In this document: piece after piece, positions 9,295 through 18,311 of the stretch
Layout of the letters: each line of letters begins with the position of its first letter
Numbering within the stretch: position 1 is the first letter of the stretch
NCBI GenBank assembly: GCA_028864975.1
Contig: JAGWLG010000002.1
Span: 1-64,000, forward strand
Direction: 5' to 3'
DNA: 64,000 bases
Source: Thermoplasmata archaeon
GTDB lineage: Archaea; Thermoplasmatota; Thermoplasmata; Lutacidiplasmatales; UBA184
Position numbers and translations under genes: made by a program
Notes under the pieces: model-generated
The model's input: only the letters and a program-made list of their open reading frames with translations
What the model was told of the DNA's origin: nothing
Databases searched by the model: none

Positions 9295-9621
9295 ATGCCG
9301 AAGAGGTCTACCGCGCGAAATGAGACGAGCGAAGGGAGCTGTTGCGGGAGCGGATGCTGCGACGGCCAGGCCTGTTGCAACCTGCCCGCCCCTGGGTGTT
9401 GCCAGGTCGAGGCCGTGGTCACGGTCGACGGGAGGGGCCAAATGGTCCTGCCGAAGGAGATCCGACAGCAGATGGGCCTTCGGGCGGACGAGAAGCTGGC
9501 CGTGATGCTTTGGAAGCAGGGGACCCGGACATGCTGTGTCTCTCTCCACCGCGCAGAGGATCTTGCGGAGGCCGCCCGCTCTGCCTTCGGACCCTTGCTG
9601 CGTGAGATCGTCCGAGGTTGA
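9295..9621 (+). CDS. Cys-rich AbrB/SpoVT-fold protein of the HgcAB-associated (HgcC-like) family
   Basis: CCQVEAVVTVDGRGQMVLPKEIR...CCVSLHRAEDL...FGPLL pattern; N-terminus carries four CC pairs. Confidence 0.8.
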   Translation: MPKRSTARNETSEGSCCGSGCCDGQACCNLPAPGCCQVEAVVTVDGRGQMVLPKEIRQQMGLRADEKLAVMLWKQGTRTCCVSLHRAEDLAEAARSAFGPLLREIVRG

Positions 9622-9622
9622 C

Positions 9623-10102
9623 GTGGCCGGAACGACCGGCGCGAGCCGGGGCCTGGCGAGGAAGGAGCGGCAGGTCCTCTTCGTCTGCGTCGAGAACGCT
9701 TGCCGCTCGCTGATGGCGGAGGCGATGTTCAACGCGAACCCACCTCCAGGTTGGAGGGCCCTTAGCGCGGGAACCCGTCCCGCCTCCGCACCGAACCCCC
9801 GGACGCTGCCGATGCTGCGGGAGATCGGACTCGAGGCCCCCGCCCATCCTCCTGTCGCCCTCACCTCCGAAATGCTCTCCGTCTCGAGCGTGAGGGTCAC
9901 GATGGGGTGCATCGACGACGCGAGCTGTCCAGCTCGGTTGAAGGAGCTCGACTACCGGGACTGGGGCCTCCCCGACCCCGCGAAGCTCGATGACGTTCGC
10001 TTCCGAGAGGTTCGCGACCAGCTCCGTGAGCGCGTCGAAGGACTGATCCGGGAACTGCGTCTCACTGACGATCGGACGAAGGCCAGGGGACCCACCACGT
10101 GA
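9623..10102 (+). CDS. arsC: Arsenate reductase, LMW-PTP type
   Basis: LFVCVENACRSLMAEA (CX5R P-loop), SAGT, TMGC, DWGLPDP. GTG start at 9623 after GAGGT. Confidence 0.85.
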   Translation: MAGTTGASRGLARKERQVLFVCVENACRSLMAEAMFNANPPPGWRALSAGTRPASAPNPRTLPMLREIGLEAPAHPPVALTSEMLSVSSVRVTMGCIDDASCPARLKELDYRDWGLPDPAKLDDVRFREVRDQLRERVEGLIRELRLTDDRTKARGPTT

Positions 10103-10848
10103 AGCACCCCCTCGGAACGCGCTGCCTGGCCGAGCTCGCAGGTACGGGGTTCCTGGTGGGGATCGGCTGCGGGGCCATTGTGGGGGCGACGAGGGTAGGA
10201 GGGGTCCCCCAGGTGCTGCTCGCGGGTGCATGGTTCGTGGCGGTGGCGGCCCCGGTGCTCGCCTTCGCCAGCGTGTCCGGTGCCCATCTCAACCCTGCGG
10301 TGACCCTCGCGCTCGCCGGCTCGGGCCGCTTCCCCCGGCGAGAGGTTCCGGCCTACCTGGGAGCCCAGACCCTGGGAGCCTTCGGAGGAGCCGGAGCGGT
10401 ACTCCTGGCGCTGGGGAACGGAGCGCATCTCGGGGCGACGCTCCCTCTGGGCGGCGATCTGGTCCGGACCTTCCTGCTCGAGCTCGCGTTCACACTCGCC
10501 CTCCTGGCCTCGGTGATCTACCTAACGAAGGCCGGGAAGGTCCCACGGGCCTGGGAGCTGCTCCTCCCTGCCCTCGTCGTGGGGATCTCGACCTTCTTCA
10601 TAGGACCGTTCACCGGGAGTTCCCTCAACCCCGCGCGGTCCCTCGCCCCGGCGGTACTCTCTGACGACTACAGTGGGATCTGGATCTACTTCACCGCGAC
10701 CCTTTCGGCGGCCGGGATCGTCGCGATGCTGGTGGCGCGCTTCCTGACGACCGGGGAGTCGCCCGAACCGGTCCCGACCTCTTCCGGGCCAGGAACATCT
10801 CGTGACCGCCATCCCCCTCCGGCACGAACCGATGCTCCAGGACCGTGA
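10099..10848 (+). CDS. MIP/aquaporin family channel (probable arsenite-permeable type by context)
   Basis: Two NPA boxes (HLNPAVT, SLNPARS). Start overlaps the arsC stop (GTGA). Confidence 0.9.
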   Translation: MKHPLGTRCLAELAGTGFLVGIGCGAIVGATRVGGVPQVLLAGAWFVAVAAPVLAFASVSGAHLNPAVTLALAGSGRFPRREVPAYLGAQTLGAFGGAGAVLLALGNGAHLGATLPLGGDLVRTFLLELAFTLALLASVIYLTKAGKVPRAWELLLPALVVGISTFFIGPFTGSSLNPARSLAPAVLSDDYSGIWIYFTATLSAAGIVAMLVARFLTTGESPEPVPTSSGPGTSRDRHPPPARTDAPGP

Positions 10849-11449
10849 ACCCGTCCGACTCCAGCCACCGCCGGTAGGTATCCGCCGCCTCGTGGTCCCA
10901 GTACATCCAGCTCTCCGACCCCAGCCAGCCGCGCTCCAACCCCCGCCATCGAGAGCTTCCGAGCACCGACAAGAACCACCCCCCCGGAGCGAGCCAACGT
11001 CGGATGCGGCGGAAGAGAGGTCGTTGCTCGGCGAGCGGAACATGGATGATCGAGTAGAGCGAGACCACGGCCCCGAAGGATGCCGCGGGGAATCGGACCT
11101 CCGACATGTCCTCCCGGAGGAACGTGGCGGTCGGGACGAGTTGGCGTGCCCGCTCGACCTGGACGTCAGAGATGTCCACACCGGTGACACGGAACTTCCT
11201 GGAGAGCAGCTGGCTGGTCGGGATGCCGCTCCCACACCCCAGGTCCAGGACTGCTGACCCCGGTGCAAGCGATCGGAGGATGGGGGTCAGCCATTCACGG
11301 TACTCCCGACGCACGTGACCGGTCCCGTCCCCGCCTCGGACCGACGGACGGTAGGTCCAGGACCGTTGGTTCCACCCTTCGCGCACGAGTTCCTTGAGGG
11401 CCTTTGCGGAGAGCTGACGGCGAGGACCCGGGGTCGGGACGTCCGCCAT
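10691..11449 (-). CDS. Class I SAM-dependent methyltransferase
   Basis: VLDLGCGSG, VTGVDIS, FLREDM motifs. Confidence 0.85.
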   Translation of the reverse strand: MADVPTPGPRRQLSAKALKELVREGWNQRSWTYRPSVRGGDGTGHVRREYREWLTPILRSLAPGSAVLDLGCGSGIPTSQLLSRKFRVTGVDISDVQVERARQLVPTATFLREDMSEVRFPAASFGAVVSLYSIIHVPLAEQRPLFRRIRRWLAPGGWFLSVLGSSRWRGLERGWLGSESWMYWDHEAADTYRRWLESDGFTVLEHRFVPEGDGGHEMFLARKRSGPVRATPRSSGSAPPASRRSRPPKGSR

Positions 11450-11505
11450 GGAGACAAAGGAACCAGCCCCTGAGCCTTCAAGAGGTTCGCTTCGGTGGAC
11501 CGAAC

Positions 11506-12108
11506 ATGTGTCCTGCCTCCTCGGTTCGGCCCGCAGGAGCGTCTCTACCCCCCTCGCCTTCCCGAGAAGTGGCGACCCTCGGAGGCGGATGTTTCTGGTG
11601 CACCGAGGCGGTCTTCTCCGAGCTCGAGGGCGTGGAGAGCGTCATGCCAGGGTACTCCGGAGGAACGGTCCCGAGCCCTTCCTACGAAGAAGTGTGCGAT
11701 GGGGAGACCGGGCACGCCGAGGTCGTTCAGGTCGTCTTCGATCCGCGGGTGATCTCGTACGAGGACCTGCTCCGGATCTTCTTCACGGTGCACGACCCCA
11801 CCACCCCCAACCGACAGGGCAACGACACCGGGACCCAGTACCGGTCCATCATCCTCTGCCATTCCCCCGAACAGCGGGCATCCGCGGAGCGGATCATGAA
11901 GGAGGTCGAGCGGGAGCAGATCTGGGACGCTCCCCTCGTGACCCAGGTGGAGCCGTTCATGGCCTTCTTCCCGGCCGAGGAGTACCATCGGAACTACTAC
12001 CGACGGAACCCTGGACAGGGGTACTGCCGAGCCATCATTGCCCCCAAGGTCGCGAAGTTCCGTAAGCACCACTTCCAACGTCTGAAGCGCTCCGTGACCA
12101 ATCCCTGA
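11506..12108 (+). CDS. msrA: Peptide-methionine (S)-S-oxide reductase MsrA
   Basis: GGGCFWC active site, GYSGG, GHAEVVQV, HDPT, GTQYRS, AEEYHRNYY. Confidence 0.95.
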   Translation: MCPASSVRPAGASLPPSPSREVATLGGGCFWCTEAVFSELEGVESVMPGYSGGTVPSPSYEEVCDGETGHAEVVQVVFDPRVISYEDLLRIFFTVHDPTTPNRQGNDTGTQYRSIILCHSPEQRASAERIMKEVEREQIWDAPLVTQVEPFMAFFPAEEYHRNYYRRNPGQGYCRAIIAPKVAKFRKHHFQRLKRSVTNP

Positions 12109-12406
12109 CCAGGGGGGAGCTTACTCGGCACCTCGCTCGAACCGGTGTGGAAGCTCAACCAGAACGGCGGCAGCATGACGCGGCGCATCATCGGGGCGGG
12201 AGGATCCCGAGACCGCTCTCCAAGCGCCTGTTCGAGGCCCACGTCGAGGATGCTAGCCACGGGCGGTCGATGAGGGGCGCGCGAGGATCTCGGTACTTCC
12301 TCCTGCCGACAGGGCCATCGGGGTGGTCCGGGGCCCGATGGAGGGGCCGAAGATCTCAGTCGGACCACTACGCCCCGAGCAGATCGCTTCTACGAGATAG
12401 GGCCTG

Positions 12407-12913
12407 TTGAAGAGGGAGGGGGTCCTCGGGGTCGTGGAGGCCTCGGGCCGGGGCGACTGGGAGTTGGCAGGTCGCGGGGCGCCCCTCGTCCAGGTCGCAC
12501 CGTCCTACTCGTCCTCCGTCCCCCGACACGACTGGGCGAGAGGTCGCGGGCTCCTCGCGGGGTGGGCGATCCCGATAGGACTCATCTTCGTGGGCTCCTC
12601 CGGACCGAGCCTTGGGCTGCTCACGGTTATCGAGGGTGGGACGCTCATGGTCCTCGGGACCGCGGTCTTCGGGCTAATCTGTCTCACAAACGCGCTCCGA
12701 TGCGGCAGGACCCACTGCTGGGTCGACGGGGTGTCCCTTCCGGTCCTCGCCGTCGGGGGCGCGCTCGATCTCGTGGGGTGGGTTCGGTTCTCTTGGAATA
12801 CCTACGGTGCGGTGCTCTGGGCCATCGTCGTCGCGAGCTTTCTTGTGGAGTGCCTCGCTGGGGACTATCTCCGGCCGCTCGTCGGGAGGGAAGGTCCCGC
12901 ACCCCGGACCTAG
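12407..12913 (+). CDS. Small multi-pass membrane protein with NALRCGRTHC motif
   Basis: About four hydrophobic segments and a Cys-Gly-Arg-Thr-His-Cys loop. Start uncertain. Confidence 0.65.
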   Translation: MKREGVLGVVEASGRGDWELAGRGAPLVQVAPSYSSSVPRHDWARGRGLLAGWAIPIGLIFVGSSGPSLGLLTVIEGGTLMVLGTAVFGLICLTNALRCGRTHCWVDGVSLPVLAVGGALDLVGWVRFSWNTYGAVLWAIVVASFLVECLAGDYLRPLVGREGPAPRT

Positions 12914-13045
12914 GGTCCTGGTCGGACCGTCCCTTCCCTCCCGGCTCCTGTCGCAGTCCCCTCCACTCCTCTGCCGAGGAGCGACTCTTCATACACCTCT
13001 TGCGGCCTCGAAAGAACCCAGGACGTTCCTGAAAGGAGAGAGAGC

Positions 13046-13912
13046 ATGTCCGAGATCGTCCGCCCTGTTCAGCACATACTCAAGGCCGAGGACACGCTCG
13101 AGGGGGCCGGCGTCCGTCTCAAGCGCGCCTTCGGCAACGGTGAGGTGCCGCTCTTCGACCCCTTCCTTCTCCTCGACAACTTCGCGTCGACGAATCCCCG
13201 CGAGTACCTGGCCGGCTTCCCCTGGCACCCCCACCGAGGCATCGAGACCGTGACCTACATGCTGGAAGGGCAGGTCGAGCACGAGGATTCGCTCGGGAAC
13301 AAGGGTCGCATCGACGGCGGCGACGTCCAGTGGATGACCTCGGGGAGCGGGATCCTCCATCAGGAGATGCCCCAGCGGAAGGAGGGGATGCTCCAAGGCT
13401 TCCAGCTCTGGGTCAACATCCCCGCCAAGCTCAAGATGGGCGACCCCGCCTACCGCGGGCTCACCGGGGGAGAGATCCCCCGTGTGCAGACGGACGCGGC
13501 GAGCGTCAAGGTCGTTGCGGGAAGCTTTCAGAACGTGGAAGGCCCGGTCCGGGGCCTCCCGGTGGACCCGACCTACCTGGACATTACGCTCGTCCCTCAC
13601 GCCGCCTTCGAGCTCCCGGTGAAGCGAGGGTACACCGTGTTCTCCTACCTCGTCGATGGAGAGGCCCGTTTCGAGGGGCGCGACACTGTCGTCCCGACGA
13701 AGCGCGTGGTCCTTCTCGGGGATGGCGACAAGGTCCGGTTGAACGCCGGCCGTCCGGGCGCGCGTTTGCTCCTGGTTTCGGGCCGTCCCCTGCACGAACC
13801 GGTGGCCTGGTACGGGCCGATCGTGATGAACACGCAAGAGGAGCTCTCCGTCGCGATGCGAGAATTACGACGAGGGGACTTCATCAAGGCCCGCGAGGTC
13901 GCGGAGGTCTGA
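13046..13912 (+). CDS. Pirin family protein
   Basis: DPFLLLD, GFPWHPHRGIETVTY, QWMTSGSGILHQE, FQLWVN, YGPIVMNT. Confidence 0.95.
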   Translation: MSEIVRPVQHILKAEDTLEGAGVRLKRAFGNGEVPLFDPFLLLDNFASTNPREYLAGFPWHPHRGIETVTYMLEGQVEHEDSLGNKGRIDGGDVQWMTSGSGILHQEMPQRKEGMLQGFQLWVNIPAKLKMGDPAYRGLTGGEIPRVQTDAASVKVVAGSFQNVEGPVRGLPVDPTYLDITLVPHAAFELPVKRGYTVFSYLVDGEARFEGRDTVVPTKRVVLLGDGDKVRLNAGRPGARLLLVSGRPLHEPVAWYGPIVMNTQEELSVAMRELRRGDFIKAREVAEV

Positions 13913-13930
13913 GCCGTCACTCGACCTCTC

Positions 13931-14419
13931 TCAGCCGAGGGGTCCGTTCGACGAGCCCCGATCCTCCTCGTCCTGGGGAATATGAGGGGCGCGCGCCGGA
14001 GCACTACTCCCTGCGAGCGCGGTCAAGGGGAGCGGGAGAGGTGGTTCTTCCTCGGAAGAGGGCACGGCCGGAGGCGGAGCGATCGGAGGCTCCTCGATCT
14101 CGATCTCCGTGGAAGAGGTCGAGCGCACGGTGGGGGTCGCCTCCTCCGTGGTCGGAAGGTCCTCGAGGACGCGGAAGTAGCGTGCTGGCGCACCGTCGTA
14201 CCCCACGGCGTGCAGCGTCTCCGTCACAGGGTCGTAGAAGACCAGGAGCTCCAGGTCCAGGCGCTCCTCCTCGAGGAGCGAGGCCGCGTCATCGAAGACG
14301 ACGTCCACCCAGGCGTCCTCGCTCGCCAAGGAACGGGCAAGTTCGGGGGATGGTCGGCGGCGTCGGCGGGAGCGGTCAGGGGAAGCGGGGTCACGTCCGT
14401 GCGACATGACCTCGGGCAC
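13931..14419 (-). CDS. Hypothetical protein with acidic core and Pro/Glu-rich tail
   Basis: Protein-like core WVDVVFDDAASLLEEERLDLELLVFYDP; fills the gap between flanking genes. Start uncertain. Confidence 0.5.
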   Translation of the reverse strand: MPEVMSHGRDPASPDRSRRRRRPSPELARSLASEDAWVDVVFDDAASLLEEERLDLELLVFYDPVTETLHAVGYDGAPARYFRVLEDLPTTEEATPTVRSTSSTEIEIEEPPIAPPPAVPSSEEEPPLPLPLTALAGSSAPARAPHIPQDEEDRGSSNGPLG

Positions 14420-14552
14420 ATCCGCGCGGGGGGATAATCGAAGATGTCGTCGGTGAGAAGGCGACGGTGCTCAAGAGCACCCCTCACCCCGTTCATCGGT
14501 CACCTGCACCTCTAAATCCTCGACCTTCGGTGACAACTCAGGGTGAGCCTCG

Positions 14553-15236
14553 ATGGCATCCAAGGTCGTGGGGGCTATCGAGCGTGCCCTTCTCCCCACG
14601 CTCAATCGTATCGAGGGGGAGCTCAAGGCGGTCCATGCCAGGATCGATGGGGTCAACACCCGCATCGACGGGCTCGACGCGAAGATCGATGTCAAGGTCG
14701 ATGGGCTCGAGTCCAAGATCGCCGCGCTCGATACGAAGATCGATGCCAGGATCGAGGGGATCAATTCCCGCGTCGATGGGGTCGATGCGAGGGTCGGCGG
14801 GGTCGATGCCAAGATCGATGGACTGGAGTCCAAGATCTCCGCCCTCGATACGAAGATCGATGCCAAGATCGAGGGGATCAATTCCCGCATCGATGGGGTC
14901 GATGCCAAGATCGGCGGAGTCGACGCTAAGGTCAGCGGGGTCGATGCCAAGATCGACGGACTGGATTCCAAGATCTCCGCGCTCGACATGAAGATCGATG
15001 CCAAGATCGACGGCCTCCGCTCGGAGATCACGGGGGGCCTCCAGGACCTTCGTGGTGAGCTCAAGGCAGATCTGGCGCGTGTCGAAGTGCGTGTTGGACA
15101 TGTCGAAGAGCGGCTGGTCTCGTTGGAGGAGAAGTTTCCCCTGGTCCGAGAGCTTGAACACCTCAAGGTCCGGATGGACCTGTTCGACCGTCACCTGGAG
15201 CATCACGACTCCGGCACCTTCCCGAGCCCGGGCTGA
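14553..15236 (+). CDS. Coiled-coil tandem-repeat protein (heptad/hendecad repeats)
   Basis: Repeats such as KIDGLES/KISALDTKIDA/KIEGINS/RIDGVDA; SD-like GGTGA upstream. Confidence 0.8.
   Translation: MASKVVGAIERALLPTLNRIEGELKAVHARIDGVNTRIDGLDAKIDVKVDGLESKIAALDTKIDARIEGINSRVDGVDARVGGVDAKIDGLESKISALDTKIDAKIEGINSRIDGVDAKIGGVDAKVSGVDAKIDGLDSKISALDMKIDAKIDGLRSEITGGLQDLRGELKADLARVEVRVGHVEERLVSLEEKFPLVRELEHLKVRMDLFDRHLEHHDSGTFPSPG
14694..15014 (+). repeat. Intragenic tandem repeat: 117-bp unit, 138-bp unit, then a partial unit
   Basis: Units start at 14694, 14811 and 14949 and are built from 21-bp and 33-bp sub-repeats. Confidence 0.85.
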
Positions 15237-17570
15237 TCACCCCTCCCCTGTAACGAGCTTCGGGGCTTCCTCGTCCCCCTCGGGTAGCCGCATTTGCCCC
15301 GGGCGCTCGAGCGACCGGTACTCCACGCGTGGCCGCCCCCTCCTACCGGCCTTCCACCCCCAGAGCTCTAGCACCCGGTCGACATCGTACCCGAACGGGA
15401 GGAAGAGCGTCTCGAAGCTGCGGGCCAAGAGCTCCACGTAAGCGCTCACGTCGCAGCGCTCCCGGCCGGTCAGCAGCTCCGAGGGGACCGCCCGTTCCCG
15501 GTAGTCCCGGGAGCGCTGGTCCCGGATGAGGTAGGAGATGTCCTCCCCGGGTTCCCGGACGATGCCCGCCTGCTTCAGGGAGCGGAGGGCCGCGACCCCG
15601 TCAGAGTAGACCCGGTACTCCTCGAGCCGCTGGGTGGTCCGATGGGTGAGCAGAAGCTCCTCCAGGGGGACCGACCCGTCGGCGAGGCGCTGGGCGTGGC
15701 GATGCCCGAGCTCGAGCGCCGCGGGGACCCGGGCGCGGAACCCCTCGGCGTCCGCGGCCTCCCCCAGGAGGTCCAGCGCCTCCTCCTGGACCTTCTGGAC
15801 GAAGAGCGGGCCATCGCCCCGACGGGTCTCGATGCCCCGGACCTTGAACTCCCCGTGCTCGTACCGTCCGTAGTAGCGTTGCGCGACACCGAACCCGTGC
15901 TCCCGATGGGGGAGGAAGACGATCCATCGGTACCTCCCCTCGTACCCGAGGGGGAGCCCCGTCCGCTCCGTGACCCTTCGGGCGAACGCCTCCGGGTCCC
16001 CGCCCTCGGGAGGCTTTAGCCAGAGGGAATCGACGATCCCGTGGAGGACCTGCCACCCGCCTTCCCGCGCGATGCGGGTGAGCTCGAGGAGGACCTCCCG
16101 GGCGTAGGCGTTGATCGCCTCGTGGCACTCGATGCGGCCGAAGCGGGCGTTGCGGTATCCCTGGTAGCCGAAGCTCGTCACCAGGACCCACTTCCACGCC
16201 TTGCCCAGGGCCTCGTAGCGCTCCCGCTCCGCCCCTTCGGTCGCGCGCTTGCGTCGCTTGTAGTGGAGACGCCGGTCGACCAGGGGGCGGATCGTCCGGG
16301 CGACGACCCCCTCGCGAAGCGTGCAGGACCGGTAGCCGAGCCCCGGGGCCACGTGGGGAGAGTCCGGACAGCAAGGGCAGTCCAGCGTCTCCATCGAGAG
16401 GTTGTGCAGGACCATGATCGAGGGGAAGAGCGAGGCAAAGTCGAACTCGTCCACCCGGGCGTGGAGGCCGACGGGGGGCGTGAGGATGAACCCCCCGCGG
16501 TCCGCCGCGACGAGACGGGCGGCGGTCTTCTCTTGCTCGGGGAGGTTCTTCTTCCAGGGGATGTGGACGCCGCGGGAGAGCGCCACGGCGAGCTCCATCG
16601 CGCTGAAGGCGGTCCCGGGGGACTGCCGCACGATGGTCTGGAGCCCCAAGCGCGAGAGGCGCGAGGTGTCGATGAACCCCAGGAGTCCGACGTCCTCGAC
16701 GAAGCGTTCGTTGACGTCCAGGTGGAAGCGTCCCGACAGGAAATGCATCGGAGCGCGGTGGAGGACCCTCCCGTAGCTCTCGAACGTCTGACCCTTCTGG
16801 TGCAGGCGGAACCGCGTCGGCTCCCGCCCGAGGAAGAACTTCTCCTCGGTCCACCCGTGGGCGCGGGCGCGCCGGTAGAGGTGGGGGAGGTGGAAACGGT
16901 CCCCCCCGTGCGTCCAGACGATGTCGGGGTCCTCTCGCCGTAGTCCTTCCAAGAGCTCGAGCAGCGTGCCCTCCTCGGTCCCCTCCTCGATCGTCCGTTC
17001 CCCTAGACGGACCCGGACGACGGGGTCCTCCTCCTGGGGAGGGCGGCCCGGCCGCTCCTCCGCAACCTCCACGTGGAGCCGGGAGCCCTTGAGCGGCGGG
17101 GGTTCGTACTCCTGGACCTCGGGAGGCTCCTTCGCGAGGACGTCCGATCCGCTCCAGAGGACGGGGGCAAAGGGGTAGAGCCCGCGGTCCAGGTAGAAGA
17201 GCTGCGGCGCGGAGAGGTCGACGTCGAAGAGCTGGAAGGTCGTGAACCCTCCTCGCGCATCGATCTCGCTCGCGAGGGACCTCCGCGCGCCGTGCGGGAA
17301 CGGCGAGATGGCGAGCGCCCGGTGGGTCCGGTCCTCCGGCTCGAAGAGGCTCGTGCGGACCTCGGCCCACCCTAGGGCCGCGATGTCCTTCCGTTCCTGG
17401 GCGAGAAGCTCCGCGAGCTCCTCCAGGCGGTCGGAGGGGCCGGTGACGTAGAAGGGGGGGGCCCAGGGGACCTCCTTCCGATGGACCGTGCCACCCCGTT
17501 CCTTGAGCCAGAGGACCACCGCGTCCCCCGCGAGCGAGGAATGGACGTCCAGCAACCAACCTTCCGGCAT
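15237..17570 (-). CDS. polB2: Family B DNA polymerase, archaeal PolB2 group
   Basis: DFASLFPSIM, KWVLVTSFGYQGY, degenerate motif C HGIVDSLW, CPCC insert, eroded exonuclease motif (THGGDRFHLPHL). Confidence 0.9.
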   Translation of the reverse strand: MPEGWLLDVHSSLAGDAVVLWLKERGGTVHRKEVPWAPPFYVTGPSDRLEELAELLAQERKDIAALGWAEVRTSLFEPEDRTHRALAISPFPHGARRSLASEIDARGGFTTFQLFDVDLSAPQLFYLDRGLYPFAPVLWSGSDVLAKEPPEVQEYEPPPLKGSRLHVEVAEERPGRPPQEEDPVVRVRLGERTIEEGTEEGTLLELLEGLRREDPDIVWTHGGDRFHLPHLYRRARAHGWTEEKFFLGREPTRFRLHQKGQTFESYGRVLHRAPMHFLSGRFHLDVNERFVEDVGLLGFIDTSRLSRLGLQTIVRQSPGTAFSAMELAVALSRGVHIPWKKNLPEQEKTAARLVAADRGGFILTPPVGLHARVDEFDFASLFPSIMVLHNLSMETLDCPCCPDSPHVAPGLGYRSCTLREGVVARTIRPLVDRRLHYKRRKRATEGAERERYEALGKAWKWVLVTSFGYQGYRNARFGRIECHEAINAYAREVLLELTRIAREGGWQVLHGIVDSLWLKPPEGGDPEAFARRVTERTGLPLGYEGRYRWIVFLPHREHGFGVAQRYYGRYEHGEFKVRGIETRRGDGPLFVQKVQEEALDLLGEAADAEGFRARVPAALELGHRHAQRLADGSVPLEELLLTHRTTQRLEEYRVYSDGVAALRSLKQAGIVREPGEDISYLIRDQRSRDYRERAVPSELLTGRERCDVSAYVELLARSFETLFLPFGYDVDRVLELWGWKAGRRGRPRVEYRSLERPGQMRLPEGDEEAPKLVTGEG

Positions 17571-17598
17571 CGCTCAGCCTCTTTGCCCCCGGATGTTC

Positions 17599-17624
17599 TT
17601 ATATCATTACATTATATCGATATA
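17599..17624 (+). promoter_or_regulatory. TATA box and palindromic operator of the vapBC module
   Basis: TTATAT at 17599-17604 and perfect 12-bp palindrome TATATCGATATA at 17613-17624, just before ATG 17631. Confidence 0.65.
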
Positions 17625-17630
17625 GACACC

Positions 17631-17876
17631 ATGACCGTGAAGACCGTGGCCCTGAGCCCGGAGACCTACGCGAGGCTCCGTCGGCACAAGCGCGCCGGGG
17701 AGACCTTCGACGACGTGGTGAAGAGGCTCACCGGGAAGCCCCGGACGATCGCCGACTTCATCGGGATCTGGAAGGACTGGCCCGAAGGGGACTTCCGGAA
17801 GTTCGAGAGGGCCATCGCGGAAGGACGGCGCCGCGACCGAGAACGGACGCTGCGCCTCCTGGAAGGGAGGGAGTAG
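17631..17876 (+). CDS. vapB: Archaeal VapB-type antitoxin (DUF217-like)
   Basis: MTVKTVALSPETYARLRRHKRAGETFDDVVKRL...IADFIGIW; directly upstream of a PIN gene. Confidence 0.85.
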   Translation: MTVKTVALSPETYARLRRHKRAGETFDDVVKRLTGKPRTIADFIGIWKDWPEGDFRKFERAIAEGRRRDRERTLRLLEGRE

Positions 17877-17879
17877 GCC

Positions 17880-18266
17880 GTGTACTGCCTCGACACCACG
17901 TTCCTCGTGGATGTCACCCGGGCCCGGGGGGGGGCCGCCGAACGCGCCAAGGCCTTCGCCCGGGAGCACGAGGACCTGAGCGCTCCGGCCCCCGCCATCG
18001 CCGAGGTCCTGGTCGGGGCGAACTACCGGGGGGAGGAGACGCTCCGACGGACCCTGGAGATGGTCGCCGCCCTGGAGGTCCTCCCGGTCGACCTTGATGT
18101 CACCGGAGCGGCGGGGCGCCTCGGCGCCGACATGCTCCGACGGGGGACGCCCCTCATGGGCGTCGACCTCTTGGTGGCCGCGACCGCCCTCCATCACCGC
18201 CGGGTCCTGGTCTCCCGCGACACCATCTTCCCGAGGGTCCCGGGGCTCACCGTGGAGACGTACTGA
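17880..18266 (+). CDS. vapC: PIN-domain toxin VapC
   Basis: YCLDTTFLVD, IAEV, DLLVAATAL, LVSRD. Confidence 0.9.
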   Translation: MYCLDTTFLVDVTRARGGAAERAKAFAREHEDLSAPAPAIAEVLVGANYRGEETLRRTLEMVAALEVLPVDLDVTGAAGRLGADMLRRGTPLMGVDLLVAATALHHRRVLVSRDTIFPRVPGLTVETY

Positions 18267-18311
18267 TCTCACCGCTCCGCCCCCTCGAGGGTCCCTCCCG
18301 GGTCCTCGGGA

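Noticed and set aside
10691-11449. Methyltransferase as ArsM (arsenite methyltransferase)
   Set aside because: Opposite strand to the ars genes, and it has only one Cys (in the SAM-binding motif), lacking the ArsM catalytic cysteines.
12147-12410. 87-aa ORF between msrA and the membrane gene (also 7941-8165)
   Set aside because: No recognisable motif or convincing composition; left unannotated.
15601-17559. Long alternative-frame or antisense ORFs, including 15601-17559, 31955-33265, 33079-34620, 39261-41006, 54321-55244, 55057-56496 and 57542-59428
   Set aside because: Shadow ORFs expected from high GC and codon bias; each overlaps a gene with clear family motifs.
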